From positions 124,001-188,000 of the forward strand of contig NOWV01000139.1 of assembly GCA_003344405.1 (NCBI GenBank): a stretch of 64,000 nt of DNA. The letters run 5' to 3'. The notes below the pieces were generated by a model. The model was not told the DNA's origin, searched no databases, and saw nothing but the letters and a program-made list of their open reading frames with translations. How positions within the stretch are numbered: position 1 is the first letter of the stretch; every line of letters begins with the position of its first letter. Position numbers and translations under genes: made by a program. Source of the stretch: Trichoplax sp. H2 (taxonomy: Eukaryota). Shown in pieces: positions 27,019-40,416 of the stretch.

Positions 27019-30000
27019 ATGGCTACTAAGATGGTGCATCAAGGAATTGTTCAGCCACTGCTTACAGATTTATATCAGATCACAATGGCATACGCTTACT
27101 GGAAATTTAATAAACAAAGTCAGGCTGCAGTCTTTGAATTATTTTTTCGAAATAACCCATTTAAGGGAGGGTATACAATATTTGCTGGATTGAGTGATTG
27201 CATTGAGTTCGTTTCCAATTTTGCATACAGCAAATCAGGTATGGAGCACACAATTACTACTTGTAGAAGCTATCGCTATAGCTTTTAATAAGACTATGAA
27301 AGCAGACAGTTCCTGTTGAAACTCAGATAGTGTAAATGAATTAGAATATTATTACTTATTCTATCTACGTATTGCCAATGGTATTGCTAAGAACAATACA
27401 CTACTCGGACAGAGTTGCTGTAATCTAGTTTATTTTAATTAATCAACAATGTCTAATTCTGATGGTGCAATAATTACTGTAAATAAATAATAACATGCTT
27501 TAGAAAATAAATTCATCAAATTCTATCAGATATAGACTATGTAAAATCCATACTGCCATCCTCTGTTGAAGAAGAATTCTTTCATTTTCTTTCTGGCATA
27601 CACGGGGACCAGGTTACAATTGCAGCTGTCCCGGAGGGTTCAGTGGTATTTCCCAGAGTGCCTTTGCTAAGAGTTGAAGGTCCTTTAGCTAGTAAGCAAC
27701 TTTATCTGTTGTCCTTGATAATATCCTGAAATAAATTTTCGCGAAATAAAATATCGCAACGTCATTTGTGTTAGCTATTATCAAGAGCATGCAAATTTAG
27801 TGATGCAGTGGCTTTATTAGGTAGGAGTGCAATATACAGTACATCATTTAAACTGCTAACTACTGTTTGTCGCTTTAAATGAATGGTTGCATGCGTAAAA
27901 ATCGTAAACTTTCGTAGCTTAGGCATTTTAAACTGCAGTTACTGAGTACCACACTTGTTGCTAATAAAGAATATAACTTATTAAAAAATTGCAATGTTGA
28001 GTCGACTATGCCAAATTTATGTGCAGTCATGGAATACATTACCACAGTAGAAGAGGACCGTTTTCTAACGAGTAATTTATTATTGGTAGCTTTGAATTCA
28101 TTTATTAATGTTTACCATGACTACAGCATTTATCTTATTGCAAGGGTAGCTGTCCTACTTATGGAAACAACTTTACTTACCCTCGTGAATTATGCAAGGT
28201 AATGCCATCTCTTTTCTTTAATTTAAAAAGTCCTTGATATTAGGCCTCCTAAGAAAGATGAGCTAAAACTAAAAGCATACCATATTTCTGACATAGTTAC
28301 CATTGACTACTGTATCGTCCACAATCATTGGGCGCCATTTCAATTCTTACTAACTAAATTAAAATGACTATGTATTACAGCAGTGTAAATTTTAGAATAT
28401 GTAGGTGTGCTGGAGTTGCAGCTAGTAATATACTGTATACTGTAAGTTACGTTATATTCTTGTATTTGTGACATATCGTACGCGTTCGCAATTATGATAC
28501 TGCATAACACAGTAATATAAATAGTCAGCGTTAATCCAGTCCTGGTCCTAGTGGATTTGTGATGTAGTTATTAATTGGGAATATAAATAAGTGATGCTGC
28601 TAAGAATATAGTAATATGAATCATAGAGTTACGTACAATAAACAATGGACGGTCTATTTGATTATACGGAGACAGCCTTGTAACTACCAACGCAACGAGG
28701 TTTCGCCTAACAGCTGGAAATGATAAACCATTATTCGAATTTGGTTTACGCCGTGCTCAGGGACCGAATGGTGGCTTATCTGCTTCAAGATACTGCTATA
28801 TCGGAGGTTGTTAACATTAAATTGAATCATTTGCCAAATAGTGTGATACTGTCATGCTACTGTATATATTGAAACTCTAGTGTATTAGTTTGGCAACATA
28901 GGCATTGAGTAAAAGACGACAGACATTAGGTTAATAGCCTTTGATTAACTGCATATGCTGTATATCACAGATTATATATGCTATTTTCTAAATCAAGGTT
29001 TCAATGGTACAAGCAATGTTCTGGCCGGAAAACTTTTCTCAATCCCTGTTGTTGGTACTCATTCTCATGCTTTTGTTATGTCCTTTTCTGGCTTAACGGA
29101 TCTTTGTAAAACTCATGTGCAATATGCCACTGGTTCCGATAGCAAGTTGTTTGATTTAAAATGTGGCACACAAAAATGGCTTACTCAAATATCCCCAATG
29201 CTAGACGTAGCGGAGGATGAGATTATCGAAGGTGAATTGGCTGCATTCATTTCTATTGCAATTGCATTTCCTACAAACTTTTTGGCACTTGTTGATACTT
29301 ACGACGTAATCAGGTAAAAATATCTAAACCTCGAAGAGGTGTAACCGCAATATTCGTATTGTGCATGGTGTAGTTCACATTTCTATATTGAATCTGCTAT
29401 CAACGGATTGTATTTATTATATTGTATTTATTATATTTATTATTGGATCAAAATAACATATAATTTGATCGCCTTATCGAACTTAACTGATGTAGAAGTG
29501 GCATACCCTGTTTTTGCGCCGTAACACTTGCATTAGACGAGGCTGGATATCGTGCTAAAGGCATTCGATTAGATTCAGGTGACTTGGCTTATCTTTCAAG
29601 ACAGAGCAGGTGCCAATTTCAACTGTTAGCCGAAAGGTTAGTAAATTATTGCATTGATTTATCACTTCATACTATTGCTGTAGCTGTTGCTGTCAACAAA
29701 ATGGACAGTGGCTAGCGATTTTTAAGCTCTTGATTATCTGATATGAATGGTATATAGGTTAAATAAGCCATGGCTTTCATTATTAACCATAGTTGCTAGT
29801 AATGATATAAATGTGCGGACCATGAATTCCTTAAACCAGCAGGTCTTAATGACTAAATCTAGCTAATTTCAATAATAATAATACAATATTTATGTTAGAG
29901 ATGAATTATTTTTTTGTTACGGTATTCTTTTAGGGTCACCAGATTAATGCATACGGTATTGGAACTCATCTGGTCACTTGCCAAGAACAGCCTGCACTTG

Positions 30001-30761
30001 GCTGCGTATACAAGGTAGTTTATAAGGATCTTTTTTGTAGGTTATTTATAGTAAATGTATGGTTGAAGTTGATTGCTCGTCTAAGCATCACAATTTCATC
30101 TTGATATGAAGTTAGTCGAATTGGACGGTGTTGCTAAAATGAAGTTGACTCAAGAAAGATCTAAATTGTCCTTGCCTGCGAAAAAGAAAGTGTATAGATT
30201 ATTTGGAGAAAATGGTAGTAAAGATAGGATTAATGCTTGCATGATGTAGTTACTTGTTTGATCGGTCATGGGTTAGGATCTCATTGATGTGTAGTAGCTT
30301 AAACGCCGAATTTTTTATAATCTGAAGGTAGCCCATTGGCGGATCTCTTGCAGAAATATGATGAATCACCCCCACTTGTCGATCAGCAAGTACTTTGCTG
30401 TCATCCTTTTCAAGAATCAGAGCGTAAATACATCGTTCCATCTAGAGTAGAAGAGATGAACTGTAACTATTGGATAAAAGGAAAATCATGTAAAGAAATA
30501 CCCAAATTAGTAGATATTCGAAATTATTGTCAAAATCAAGTTAATAGCCTAAGAAGGGATCATCAATTACTTTCGAATTTGAATACGTATAAGGTATCAA
30601 AAATTTCTTCTTGCATCTTTGTACGTATTTGGACGTATGACATTACTGTAAGTCGTTTCTATGTACTGTAGGTTTTTGTTAGCGATGCCTTGTACCAGAC
30701 TATGCATAAACTTTGGGTTGGTGATACTACCATGAGGGAGCCTGGTTCTTATCATGAATGA
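27019..30761 (+). CDS. NAPRT: Nicotinate phosphoribosyltransferase
   Basis: 11 phase-consistent exons: 27019-27238, 27530-27691, 28150-28198, 28676-28806, 28998-29313, 29496-29636, 29758-29842, 29934-30014, 30112-30214, 30328-30593, 30672-30761. Motifs [60 protein letters not shown]. Confidence 0.96.
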
Positions 30762-30982
30762 ATGATCACGGCAATAGGATTTCAATGTCCTGACCCATCA
30801 AATTTTAATCATTTTAATTGGATTTGATACGTGCGTGTATGTTATTATAACATTGTTATCGTTTTTACGTATAAAGTACTGTATATGGTCTCACCAGGTT
30901 TAAATGATGAATGATTTAATTAAAACAATATGCATATAATATGATATCATTTATTTTCTACCTTTACTGATTGCATTAGTAA

Positions 30983-31143
30983 TTAATATACAGTACAGTA
31001 CTGTATAATTAGTAAATGCTACAGAAGCATTTCATTTATTTAATTTTTAGTCTTCGGAGTTATTTAATATACAGTACAGTTCTGTATAATTAGTAAATGC
31101 TACAGAAGTATTTCATTTATTTAATTTTAGTCTTAGGAGTTAT
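30983..31143. repeat. Tandem duplication of ~81 bp downstream of NAPRT
   Basis: ttaatatacagtacagt(a/t)ctgtataattagtaaatgctacagaag(c/t)atttcatttatttaat...tagtctt(c/a)ggagttat occurs twice (30983, 31064). Confidence 0.9.
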
Positions 31144-31624
31144 GGGCCACTTTAGCGTCCAAATACTCTGTATGATATTAAGAGGAGTAAACTGGCCAAG
31201 AATTCGTTATTCCAAAAAAAAAAAATAATATCAAGTAATAATAATATTTATTTATATATTTCAATGAACCAACTACGCTAGACTGAAAAATTGTGAGGTC
31301 ATATTGGAGACATTGAGAATAAGTTGTCGTTTTCTACAGTACTTGGAGAAGACATTATAACCTGTTGGAAGTGTTATCTACTCAACAGAAAGCTATAAAA
31401 ATGTGTTTATGCCTCGTTCAAGTGAGTTAGTATTGGTCACCTAAGTGAGCTCACTTAGGTGGACTCTATTTCTGTCGTTTGTAATTGCAAGCTTCGCTTT
31501 GTAGCAAATACGTATCTAATCTAATACGTATCTATCAGCTATCATCTGGTATACGCACGCGTACACCGAGTCTGCTAAGAGCTAATATTTGCCTGTAATA
31601 TTGCGGGTCATAAAGTGAACGCTT

Positions 31625-32165
31625 ACAGTACAGTACAGTACAGTACTTTATTTTTGACTGAGGTGTACTGTACACTGTAGAGTACTGTACTGTACTGTAC
31701 TGTAGTGTCCAGGTCACCATCGATACAGTAGAGAGAAAAGGCTTTTACAGTACAGTACTGTACAAAATCGTGAAAAAACGAATTAGAATCATTTATTTCA
31801 CCAAAATAAATTATACAGGCATGTTTATGAGAGCTTCTTCTTTCCACACATAGTAATTTTGATGAATTTCGTTGTCAAAATATCGCAAAACATTAGTGTT
31901 GATTTCTCTGAAACGAAAAGGATCACGCTGTACTGTACAGTACAGTACAGTACAGTACAGTACAGTATAGTACAGTACAGTAGTGTACAGTGTACAGTAC
32001 ACTGTACTGTACAGTACACGAATACCTCTGTTGGCGGTACGGTACGGTTGGGAACGGTTCTAGGAAGCAGCGGTTGGTGGTTACATACGATGCCTTTTTT
32101 TTCCATACTGTATCCCTATCATGACCGTACTGTACTGTACTCTACTCTATGGTACTCTGGCACTA
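31625..32165. repeat. (CAGTA)n/(TACTG)n arrays upstream of NKAIN
   Basis: Two blocks (~31625-31765 and ~31928-32150), 0.4-0.95 kb upstream of the NKAIN ATG. Confidence 0.9.
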
Positions 32166-32573
32166 CGGCATGAAGCATACTACTATGTTTTAATATGGTA
32201 GCATCAAAACAGTATACTATACCATTCAACACCTTGAAGCCTTACCATTCTTATATCCCATGTGGCAAATTGCCAGTCACTAACCCCTGTAAAATCTTCC
32301 ATAGTTGGCAGTCAAAGGTGAAGGCTTTTAACTCTGCCGACTGCGGCCATCTACGCGATCATTTACATATTTTGGATATATATTGTATTGCCAGTTGGTG
32401 ATCTAGATCGCTATCGTCGTTGTAAAATAGAAGGAAGAAAAAGGCAAATCAGATCGCCATTTTGTTACGGTGTTGATGATACTGTATTGACTGATTTTAG
32501 AACAGTATTGTAGGATAACTGAGTTGAATTCCACTTTAGAAAGCTTAATACGCGATCCAAAGTGACGGCAAAC

Positions 32574-35500
32574 ATGGCCTGTGGTACGCTAAGAACATGG
32601 ACCATGGCGATCCTCATTTTACAACTGGTATAGTATAAATTCATTTCTTATTTTTGAAAGACTTTTGATTGGATATTTTCCATTCTCCTTGCTTCTAATC
32701 ACAAAATTAATACTAATAAATGGATGATACTCTGTTATTTTACCATCATCTGGCGATAGAGAATGAATCGTCAATCTGCAAAAAAACTCCACTATACGTT
32801 CTACTTCATCAGTGACCTGAATCAATCCGTCGCATACGCATTGACGGTAGAATCAGTTAATTGAATTTTGTAAATAACTTTCCGCTGCTGGTTTTGAACA
32901 AAACTATCTTAATTAATAGAAAGTAAATTGTAGTGTATGGTAGACAGCAAAAAATACACCACATAGAGCAACATTATAGTGGATAATGATCCATTCTATC
33001 GACAGGCTTAGGTATTTATGTTAGAATTAATCTTTCAAGTTGTAACGACGACAACGCCATGTAAAATAGCACAGTAGCTGCAGGATGAATTCTACATTTG
33101 CAATGTTAATCACGATGTACAATATACAGTGGAGATAGATAGGATCTTACAAACACTTTAGCATTTTTCCATCGGAAGCAGTAATCGAAGATCCTGTCAT
33201 GACAAGTATTCGTATTAGTTCCAAATGGGAGTTGTATATTCAATAATTTCGTTTTCAATCGGTCATAAAATAAATTCCATCGGAGAAACCCTTTTTAAAC
33301 AAACAATACTCGATTCCAAGCCAGCCGGGCGTAATCAAATCAAGTGGCTGACTGTAAATTGATTGCAATCATAGCAGTAATCAAAAATACTATTTCGTCA
33401 CCAGTGAAAAATAAACTTTGTGCACCAACTGCTGTTATCACATGGAGTTAAAATATTTCCAACTTCAATTAATGGTGCCTTTCTATCTAAATTATTAATA
33501 GAGAGCCGGTTATTTGTCAGAAACCACTTACTGCAGTTGTGATTACAGTATACTGTACCTTGACAATTTTTATTAATCCGAGGGATCAATCCGCTCATTT
33601 TATTCTTCCTTTATCATTATCTCTTACTATTTCCTTCGTACTTATATTGAATGTACAAAACTTAAAGGAAGAGACGCAATAATATTTGTCGTATGCTGAA
33701 CCTTAATGCACATACTATTTTTTTAAAAAGAAGGTCGTAACATGATTTCAAGAAATCAATTACTGTAATGTGAAAAAGGCATTGACATTCTATCCTAACC
33801 GTAAGCTTATTTCCAATTTGTAAAAGCGCACATTCGAGGAAAGATCAGAACTGATTTCGGAAATCAATTTAAAATTGCGTGACAATATTATGGCCTTGTT
33901 GGCCTTTTCTTTCAAAATATTGCCCAACTGTAAGCTTATTGCAGGTTTTGCTTTGCGGTTTTTACACGAGTGTTAATGAATTTGCGGTACTAATTTATTA
34001 AAACTACGTTGGTTTAGAATTAGTTTAAAATGGCAGCAAGATTTTACTTTTAACTTTGCTCTATGTTGCACTACTTGCAGTACGGAGCGCCATACAAATC
34101 GTAATTCCGTAATATTTATTTTACGCGTATATCGCCGAACTTCAAATTGAGAAACTTTTCACTATTCCTACACTTTCTCTGCAGATTGTACTGACCGTAG
34201 GCGAACATCTTTCCGCATACAGTATTACGATGAAAGATATAGTCTTTCGTTAATTATAATTATATATACGATTCTGTTCAACTTAAAGCATGAATTTATA
34301 TGAACGGTAAGTACTTAGCTGTGTTTAGTTATACAAACAACCCACAATCGACATTCACCTATGATTTACGAGCATAACCATTTTCTTAACTTTATTTGGA
34401 GAAACGGAAATTTTGCTACATTCTGGTTAGATTGAACTAATTTTATGGCCGTCCGTATATAATGGCTAAACCTTACTGAAGTGATGCTACTATTTACAAT
34501 CAATTAATTAAATTGTACTGACTGCAAATAATCACTATTGGATAGGAAATACGCAACGAAAGATATATACAATAGCATGAGTTTAAAGCTGTAAATTGAT
34601 TTCCGATGTACTATTCTGATTGCGACGTTCATCGTCTTACTACTGTAATTTTCACAGTACTATATCTCGCTAATTTCGTCAAGTGTGCATAATTTAATTT
34701 AATTTATTTTGTGCAGTTAGTTAATTTAAAATTGTTCATTCTTGGTTATTTCACCTTATCTTACCAATAAATAATAGATCGAAAGTCTCATACTGTTTGC
34801 AAAGTTGTAAACTTCCTATTATACTTTTACAGCTAAAAAATGAATGGATGACATTTTGACTTTTATCGTTTTGAACAATTGTGAAATCTTTTTTATCGAT
34901 ATTTACGTAACATTTACTGCTTATTATACTGTATATGTCTACTATTACAGAAACTGATTCAAGTTGACGCTTGATTAAATTTTTAGATTTCTCTTCTGGA
35001 ACGTATAACATTCGACTTTATGGGTGCTGTCTGGGCTTTAATTATTGGTAACTTTGTGGCTATCCTTATTACCGTCGTCGGTACTTTCGGAGCTTACCAA
35101 TTCAGACCACGTTATTTGATTATGGTTAGTATTTTTGACATAGTTGGTATTCTCATAAAATAGTTACGGTATGGTCAACATTCGTAATGTTTGTACGGTA
35201 ATGTCATTGCTATTTCTTTCATATTTTTCACGTGTTTCTGTGCCTATATATTAATCCATGTTAAGGAATTCTTTTAGTTGTAACATACACAAATTACAAA
35301 TTTTTAAGCTTTGCATTCTTACATTAATTATGGCATTCAGTACATTCATGCATTAATGCTAATGAGCTATTAATTGCCTCGATTAAATTGATAATTGGAG
35401 CGTTTTAAAGACTGACTTGGGTGAAAAATTCTTTATAATATTTTAGTATCTAATTTGGTCCTTCGCGTGGATTGCTTGCAATGTTGCAGTGATGTTAACC

Positions 35501-36416
35501 TACTTGGAAATCTCCATTTTTAAACAGGTGATTTCAATTTGCGTGTGCGTTAAATCGTTGCTTTGGAAAGTTGTAATCGCCTAGAATCATATAAATTATT
35601 ACAAACTATGATTAAAAGGTTTATTGGCAAATAAAAGGAGATCGCTGACCTTATATGTGACAAAATTAATATCATTGGCTGCTTCTATTTATGATCAATA
35701 ATGCTTTACTTCCTTTTTTTTAGGGTGGCACTATTTTAACAATAAATACGGAAAGCGCAAGTTGGTGGAAAAATAATGGAATTGGCTGCACCGTTGAATA
35801 TGAGTCGAGCTCTCAGACCGGCTCAACGAGTTCGGCAATCATTGCGAAAGTAACAGGATGTATCTTAGAATACAAGGTATGGTAATATCTAAACTTGTAA
35901 TAATTCCTTTAAGAATTTTTCATATTTATACTGACATTTATAGTGATTATTATTATGTTAATTGAGACTATAATTCCGAGATCTGATTTGTTTACGTTAA
36001 AAGAGTTTTTGTTGGGACTGATAACTTTTATTTATTTGTATAATTATAATTAGTATGTTGAGGTCATTCATGCTGGAATCCAATGCTTTTTCTCAGTAAG
36101 TTTACCAAGATTACCGTTGACAATTTTATTATTTGCTCTTGATGAATGCAGCATTAACTGATGAATTAATTATAGGATTCCAGATAGTCATTTTTGGCTA
36201 ATTTTTTGGTCTTTTTTTACTAAAGTTGTTAGGTATCATTATTGGTTCTTGGTTAACTCATCGACTGTACAATCCTAAAGCGAGTAAGTCTGTTTATTTT
36301 GGAACTTCGTTGTTGTCTTTGTGTGCCTAATTATTTTGCTAATTCAATTTCTAGTCGATCAATCTGCCAATAGCGCAAGTTACAGATCAACTAATTTTCA
36401 TTTACAAAATGTGTAA
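32574..36416 (+). CDS. NKAIN: Na+/K+-ATPase beta-subunit interacting protein (NKAIN family)
   Basis: Exons 32574-32627 (MACGTLRTWTMAILILQL), 34987-35124 (ISLLERITFDFMGAVWALIIGNF...GAYQFRPRY), 35447-35527, 35724-35876 (SWWKNNGIGC...GCILEYK), 36054-36095 (YVEVIHAGIQC), 36226-36283, 36355-36416. The extreme 3' end may splice further. The gene is absent from the ORF track because its exons are short. Confidence 0.9.
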
Positions 36417-38070
36417 GAAAACTTTCATATTCTGTATTCCAATATATATGACATATTACTGCATAAGTTACTAACTAGTAAAGGATTCTTACACATTACG
36501 ATTTCACGTGGATTTGTTCATAATAATCCATCTTTCAGTGCATTTACAGTGATGGCATTATATGTAGTCGTTACCCTTTTAGAAATCTAATAATGCTAAC
36601 GAAAATTCACTCTTTGCAATATAGAAATTTGTAAACAATATCGTACTGCACACCACAAGAACACAATTCAGATTGCACCGCTTGATTATGGCTTTGGATG
36701 TCATTAGTTTACGCTAAATATTTTACCGAATCAACTCTATATGCACTATCTATCTGTAATCTTTAGCAATACAGTACATAAACTTTATCATTTTTTATTA
36801 GCAAGACTTGATTTTAAGCTCCAAATTTTGTCAAGATAACTTTCTAACCGTGTTAAACGACAGGTGTATGTATATAATCAATTTTTTTATAACGTTTTGC
36901 ACTATGGGAAAAGTTGCACTCGGATCGATTTTGAACATTAAGCAAAATTGTAGACTTAGTACAATAAGCATTACTGATTTGTACGTCTTAGTAAATGGGT
37001 ATATGAGTGACTTTTATCATAGACGTATGAGTATCAATGAAAATTTATGTAGCTGTTTCATTTATTGTATAGTCTAGTGTTATTATCCGTTAGAAAGTAT
37101 ACTTCAATATTGTGTGATAACTATATTAGTCTTCCAGGCATTGATTTAATATTGTTCATGCTCTCGTTAAAGATTTAGATTAGTAGAGGTCTTCAACCTT
37201 GAATAGATCTTTCGATTCTAATTGTAATCCGAGTTCAATACTCGTATACTCGTACTATATACCGTCAGTTGTATTTATGTTATTTTTAATAATAATAATT
37301 ATTATCACTAGTATTTTAGATGGGGCGTTTTGTAAATCAACTATTAGTTTAACACTTACCAATCAAGACTACTTTGCTGCAAGATATTGTAATCCTTTTT
37401 CAACAGTACTTGTCAGTATGATATCAGAGAAGAATAAAATATTTCGATATCTCTTAATCTAAGAGTATAATAATTTATTTTCGATGTACAAAAGTTATCA
37501 GGGACACGTAGATTATACAATACAGTTACATGAACAGTCGTTATTTATCAAAACAACAAAAAGTAATTGCTGTCATAATTTGGGTAACGTTGCGGAGATG
37601 TCAAAATTCCACTGACATTGGGAGATGAGAATATTTCCATCGTCGCAATAAATAACATACAGATGAATGTAATAGGTTACCTTTCTACATATTACTCTGG
37701 CATCATTTTGTGGCGAAATATGTAAGTTCATGTATTCATCCGACAAAACTTCCGTTAAGATTTTAATATTCCCAAAGTAGATATTCAAAGCTGCGTCGCA
37801 AGCTTCACTTTCAACACAGACGGTTGGCAGCCGTTAGGCGTACATTATCAATAAAATTAATGGGTAAATCCGAAATGCTAGACATTAGGTTTCAGGTTTA
37901 CACATCGCGGTAGTGTCTTGAAACTTGCGTTTTTAAACACTGGATAAAAAATTAGGGAATAAGCCAGGATTCAAAGACTAGTATAAATGACAGTGCCGGT
38001 TCGTTGAAATGAACAGTAATCACAGTCGTTACGAAATTTAATTCGTGCATTTACAATAACTAATTTTCAA

Positions 38071-39190
38071 CTAGTTTTCGGTGCTGACACCATATTTTTC
38101 TTTCATACGATCAAGCTCTGATCTCTTCTTCTCTTTATCCATTTTAGTGAAGGCCTTATTAGACTGATAATATAGAACGACCAAGTAACGATTACAAACG
38201 TTAAAGCCTGATAAATGTTCACATGCGTTCTTGGCATCAAAGATGTCTTCATAAACTACGAAAGCGGTACCTTTCGTATCGGCATTCGTTCCTCTAATAA
38301 ATCAAATATACAGTTCAGTGTACGATAGCAAAAAACTAGATTACTATACCAAGTGTTAGCAATATATTTATGGTAGTACAAGAAGAAATGAGTAACAATT
38401 ATCTAGCAACAACTAATTACAGTATTATCAATCGAACAATTGCCAGGCATAAAATTGATCCAATAGAAGTCAAACATGAATTTTAACCAACTAATTCACA
38501 AATAAGAACTTTATCTGACACATTGAGCATATATATATATAAAAATGCACGTACTACAGACTATCGTACGTATCGCTGACTCGGTGTGTCGGATAAAGTT
38601 CCGATCGTATATCCAATATCATTTAGCGTATTTAGAATATAATACGAGTATACAAACTGCTCACAGTCGGATTTGTCGAATAGCTCCGTATTTGCCAAAA
38701 ATGTCGTACAATTCTTCGCCAGTAATTTTATACGGTAAATTTCTGACGTACAGGATTCGATTGACTTCAGGTGGTAGTCGTATCTAATACGTATAAGAAA
38801 AACATGGAGTTAAACTTGTTATTTCAAAGTTGTAGATTAAGTTGGTTGAATGGATGGATCGTTCCATTTTGCTATGGACTAATAGTAGACTGAACTGAAT
38901 TCTGATGTGCGGAAGTGAGTTATCAATGATGCGATATTGAAGATTTGAAGTTTTGACGTTTACGCAGTGTAGTAAAAAGCTGCACGATCATGGCCAACAT
39001 TGATTGGATTTGATCCAAGAGATCAACTCCGCAATTGGGCATGGACAAGCCGTTACTATTTTTCGGTCATTATTCATCATTCCTAACGAACTTTCCAAGT
39101 ACTTTATGAACTCTAGACTGATTATTCATGAAAGGAAGATTGTTAATGTAGTAGAATTCAACTTACATTGGAACGCTTTTGCATCGCCAT
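38071..39190 (-). CDS. SF3B6: Splicing factor 3B subunit 6 (p14)
   Basis: Exons 39190-39167, 38783-38665, 38293-38071 give 121 aa: [91 protein letters not shown]... Confidence 0.97.
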
Positions 39191-40416
39191 GATCACACTT
39201 GGGAGTTTTTCTGACCACTGACGAGCAACCCTTACGCTGATGGCAGTAGTTACCACCACACGACAGCACAGTACTGTACAGTAGAGTGCGATAGTAGTGT
39301 ATCAAGCACTACCGTGAAGAAAGTGACCGAACTTTTTCTGCGCGTTTGTCTTGCTCAAAGGTAGTACAGAAACTGAAAACAGAGCTGCTGATTGCATACA
39401 GTACAGTAAAAGTCTGGCCAATGCTGTACTATACACTAGTGTACAGTACAGTAGAATGTAACGGACGCTGCATTAGTAACTACTGTACAGTACTGTACAG
39501 TACTTTGCGCAGCATCATTACCATACTGTACAGTGTAGACTGTAATACTGTACAGTACTGTACAGTACTGTACAGTACTGTTAAGTCGTGGGAAGACAAT
39601 GGTACGCATGTACTACTGTACAGTACTGTACTGTAAGTCGTGGGAAGACTACTGTACTGTACTTTGTCTGATACTGTATTGGTATGTACAGTACAGTACA
39701 GTACAGTACAGTACAGTACAGTACAGCACTGTACAGTGTACTGTAGAATGTGTCTCGTTTCCATTCTACAGTACTGTACTGTACTGTACTGTGTGTACCG
39801 TACAGTGTACGTGCGTGCACCTGCAAGGTGAACCAACCTTATTCACCGTAATCATCTGTCAGGGCATACGCATGCGTGGTCGGCAGCCGCAGTAGGAAGA
39901 TTGACGTAACTCGGAAAAAGTCTTTAGACAGTAGTACCTAACTTTTATTGCGTTGGTGCAACGTCTTACTCTTTGAATAATCGCATGAAATTGGAGATAC
40001 AGACTCCTAGAATACAGTAGTGTATCATTCTTTAAGCTAATTACGCTGAGTATCTGAGTAATCGGGGTTATTACCGTATTGCTGGGCCTACTGTACACTG
40101 TACAGTACTGTAGTCTGTAATCTATAGTACTGAGTACAGTACAGTACTGCGTTGAGAGCGACCAGACTACAGTACTATGCACCGTACAGCACAGTCGTAG
40201 TACTGTATGCAGACTGTACTGTACAGTGTACCTGCAAGGTGAACGTAATCCAACGTAATCATCCAACGTAATCATTTGTCAACATGCAGTAAGTAGTTCC
40301 GCTACTGCAGCAGTAGAGGGACGTAGGCAAGCAAAACTTGCAGTGCAGAACATTTCCTTTCTTCCTTAATCTTTCACTTGAAAATATTATTATTCATCGG
40401 TTGTTGAGATAGCCAA
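39191..40416. promoter_or_regulatory. Bidirectional SF3B6/HMGCL promoter region with CAGTA/TACTG arrays (~39265-40230)
   Basis: Divergent ATGs at 39190 (-) and 40417 (+), pentamer arrays, and an NRF1-like palindrome acgcatgcgt at ~39868. Confidence 0.8.

Noticed and set aside
26179-27042. Overlapping YSTVQ/YCTVL-rich ORFs (also at 31.5-32.2, 39.3-40.3, 49.8-50.4 and 51.5-51.8 kb)
   Set aside because: These are translations of the stop-poor CAGTA/TACTG pentamer arrays on both strands, not proteins.
32619-33598. Minus-strand ORFs inside NKAIN intron 1
   Set aside because: No recognisable homology and no consistent splice structure.
34577-34648. NKAIN-like first exon (FRCTILIATFIVLLL)
   Set aside because: In-frame TAA after the ATG and no phase-0 donor; 32574-32627 fits the family length and phase.
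39480-39810. CRISPR-like repeat/spacer appearance of the arrays
   Set aside because: The units are 5-10 bp microsatellites with no constant repeat or spacer length, there are no cas genes, and the context is eukaryotic.
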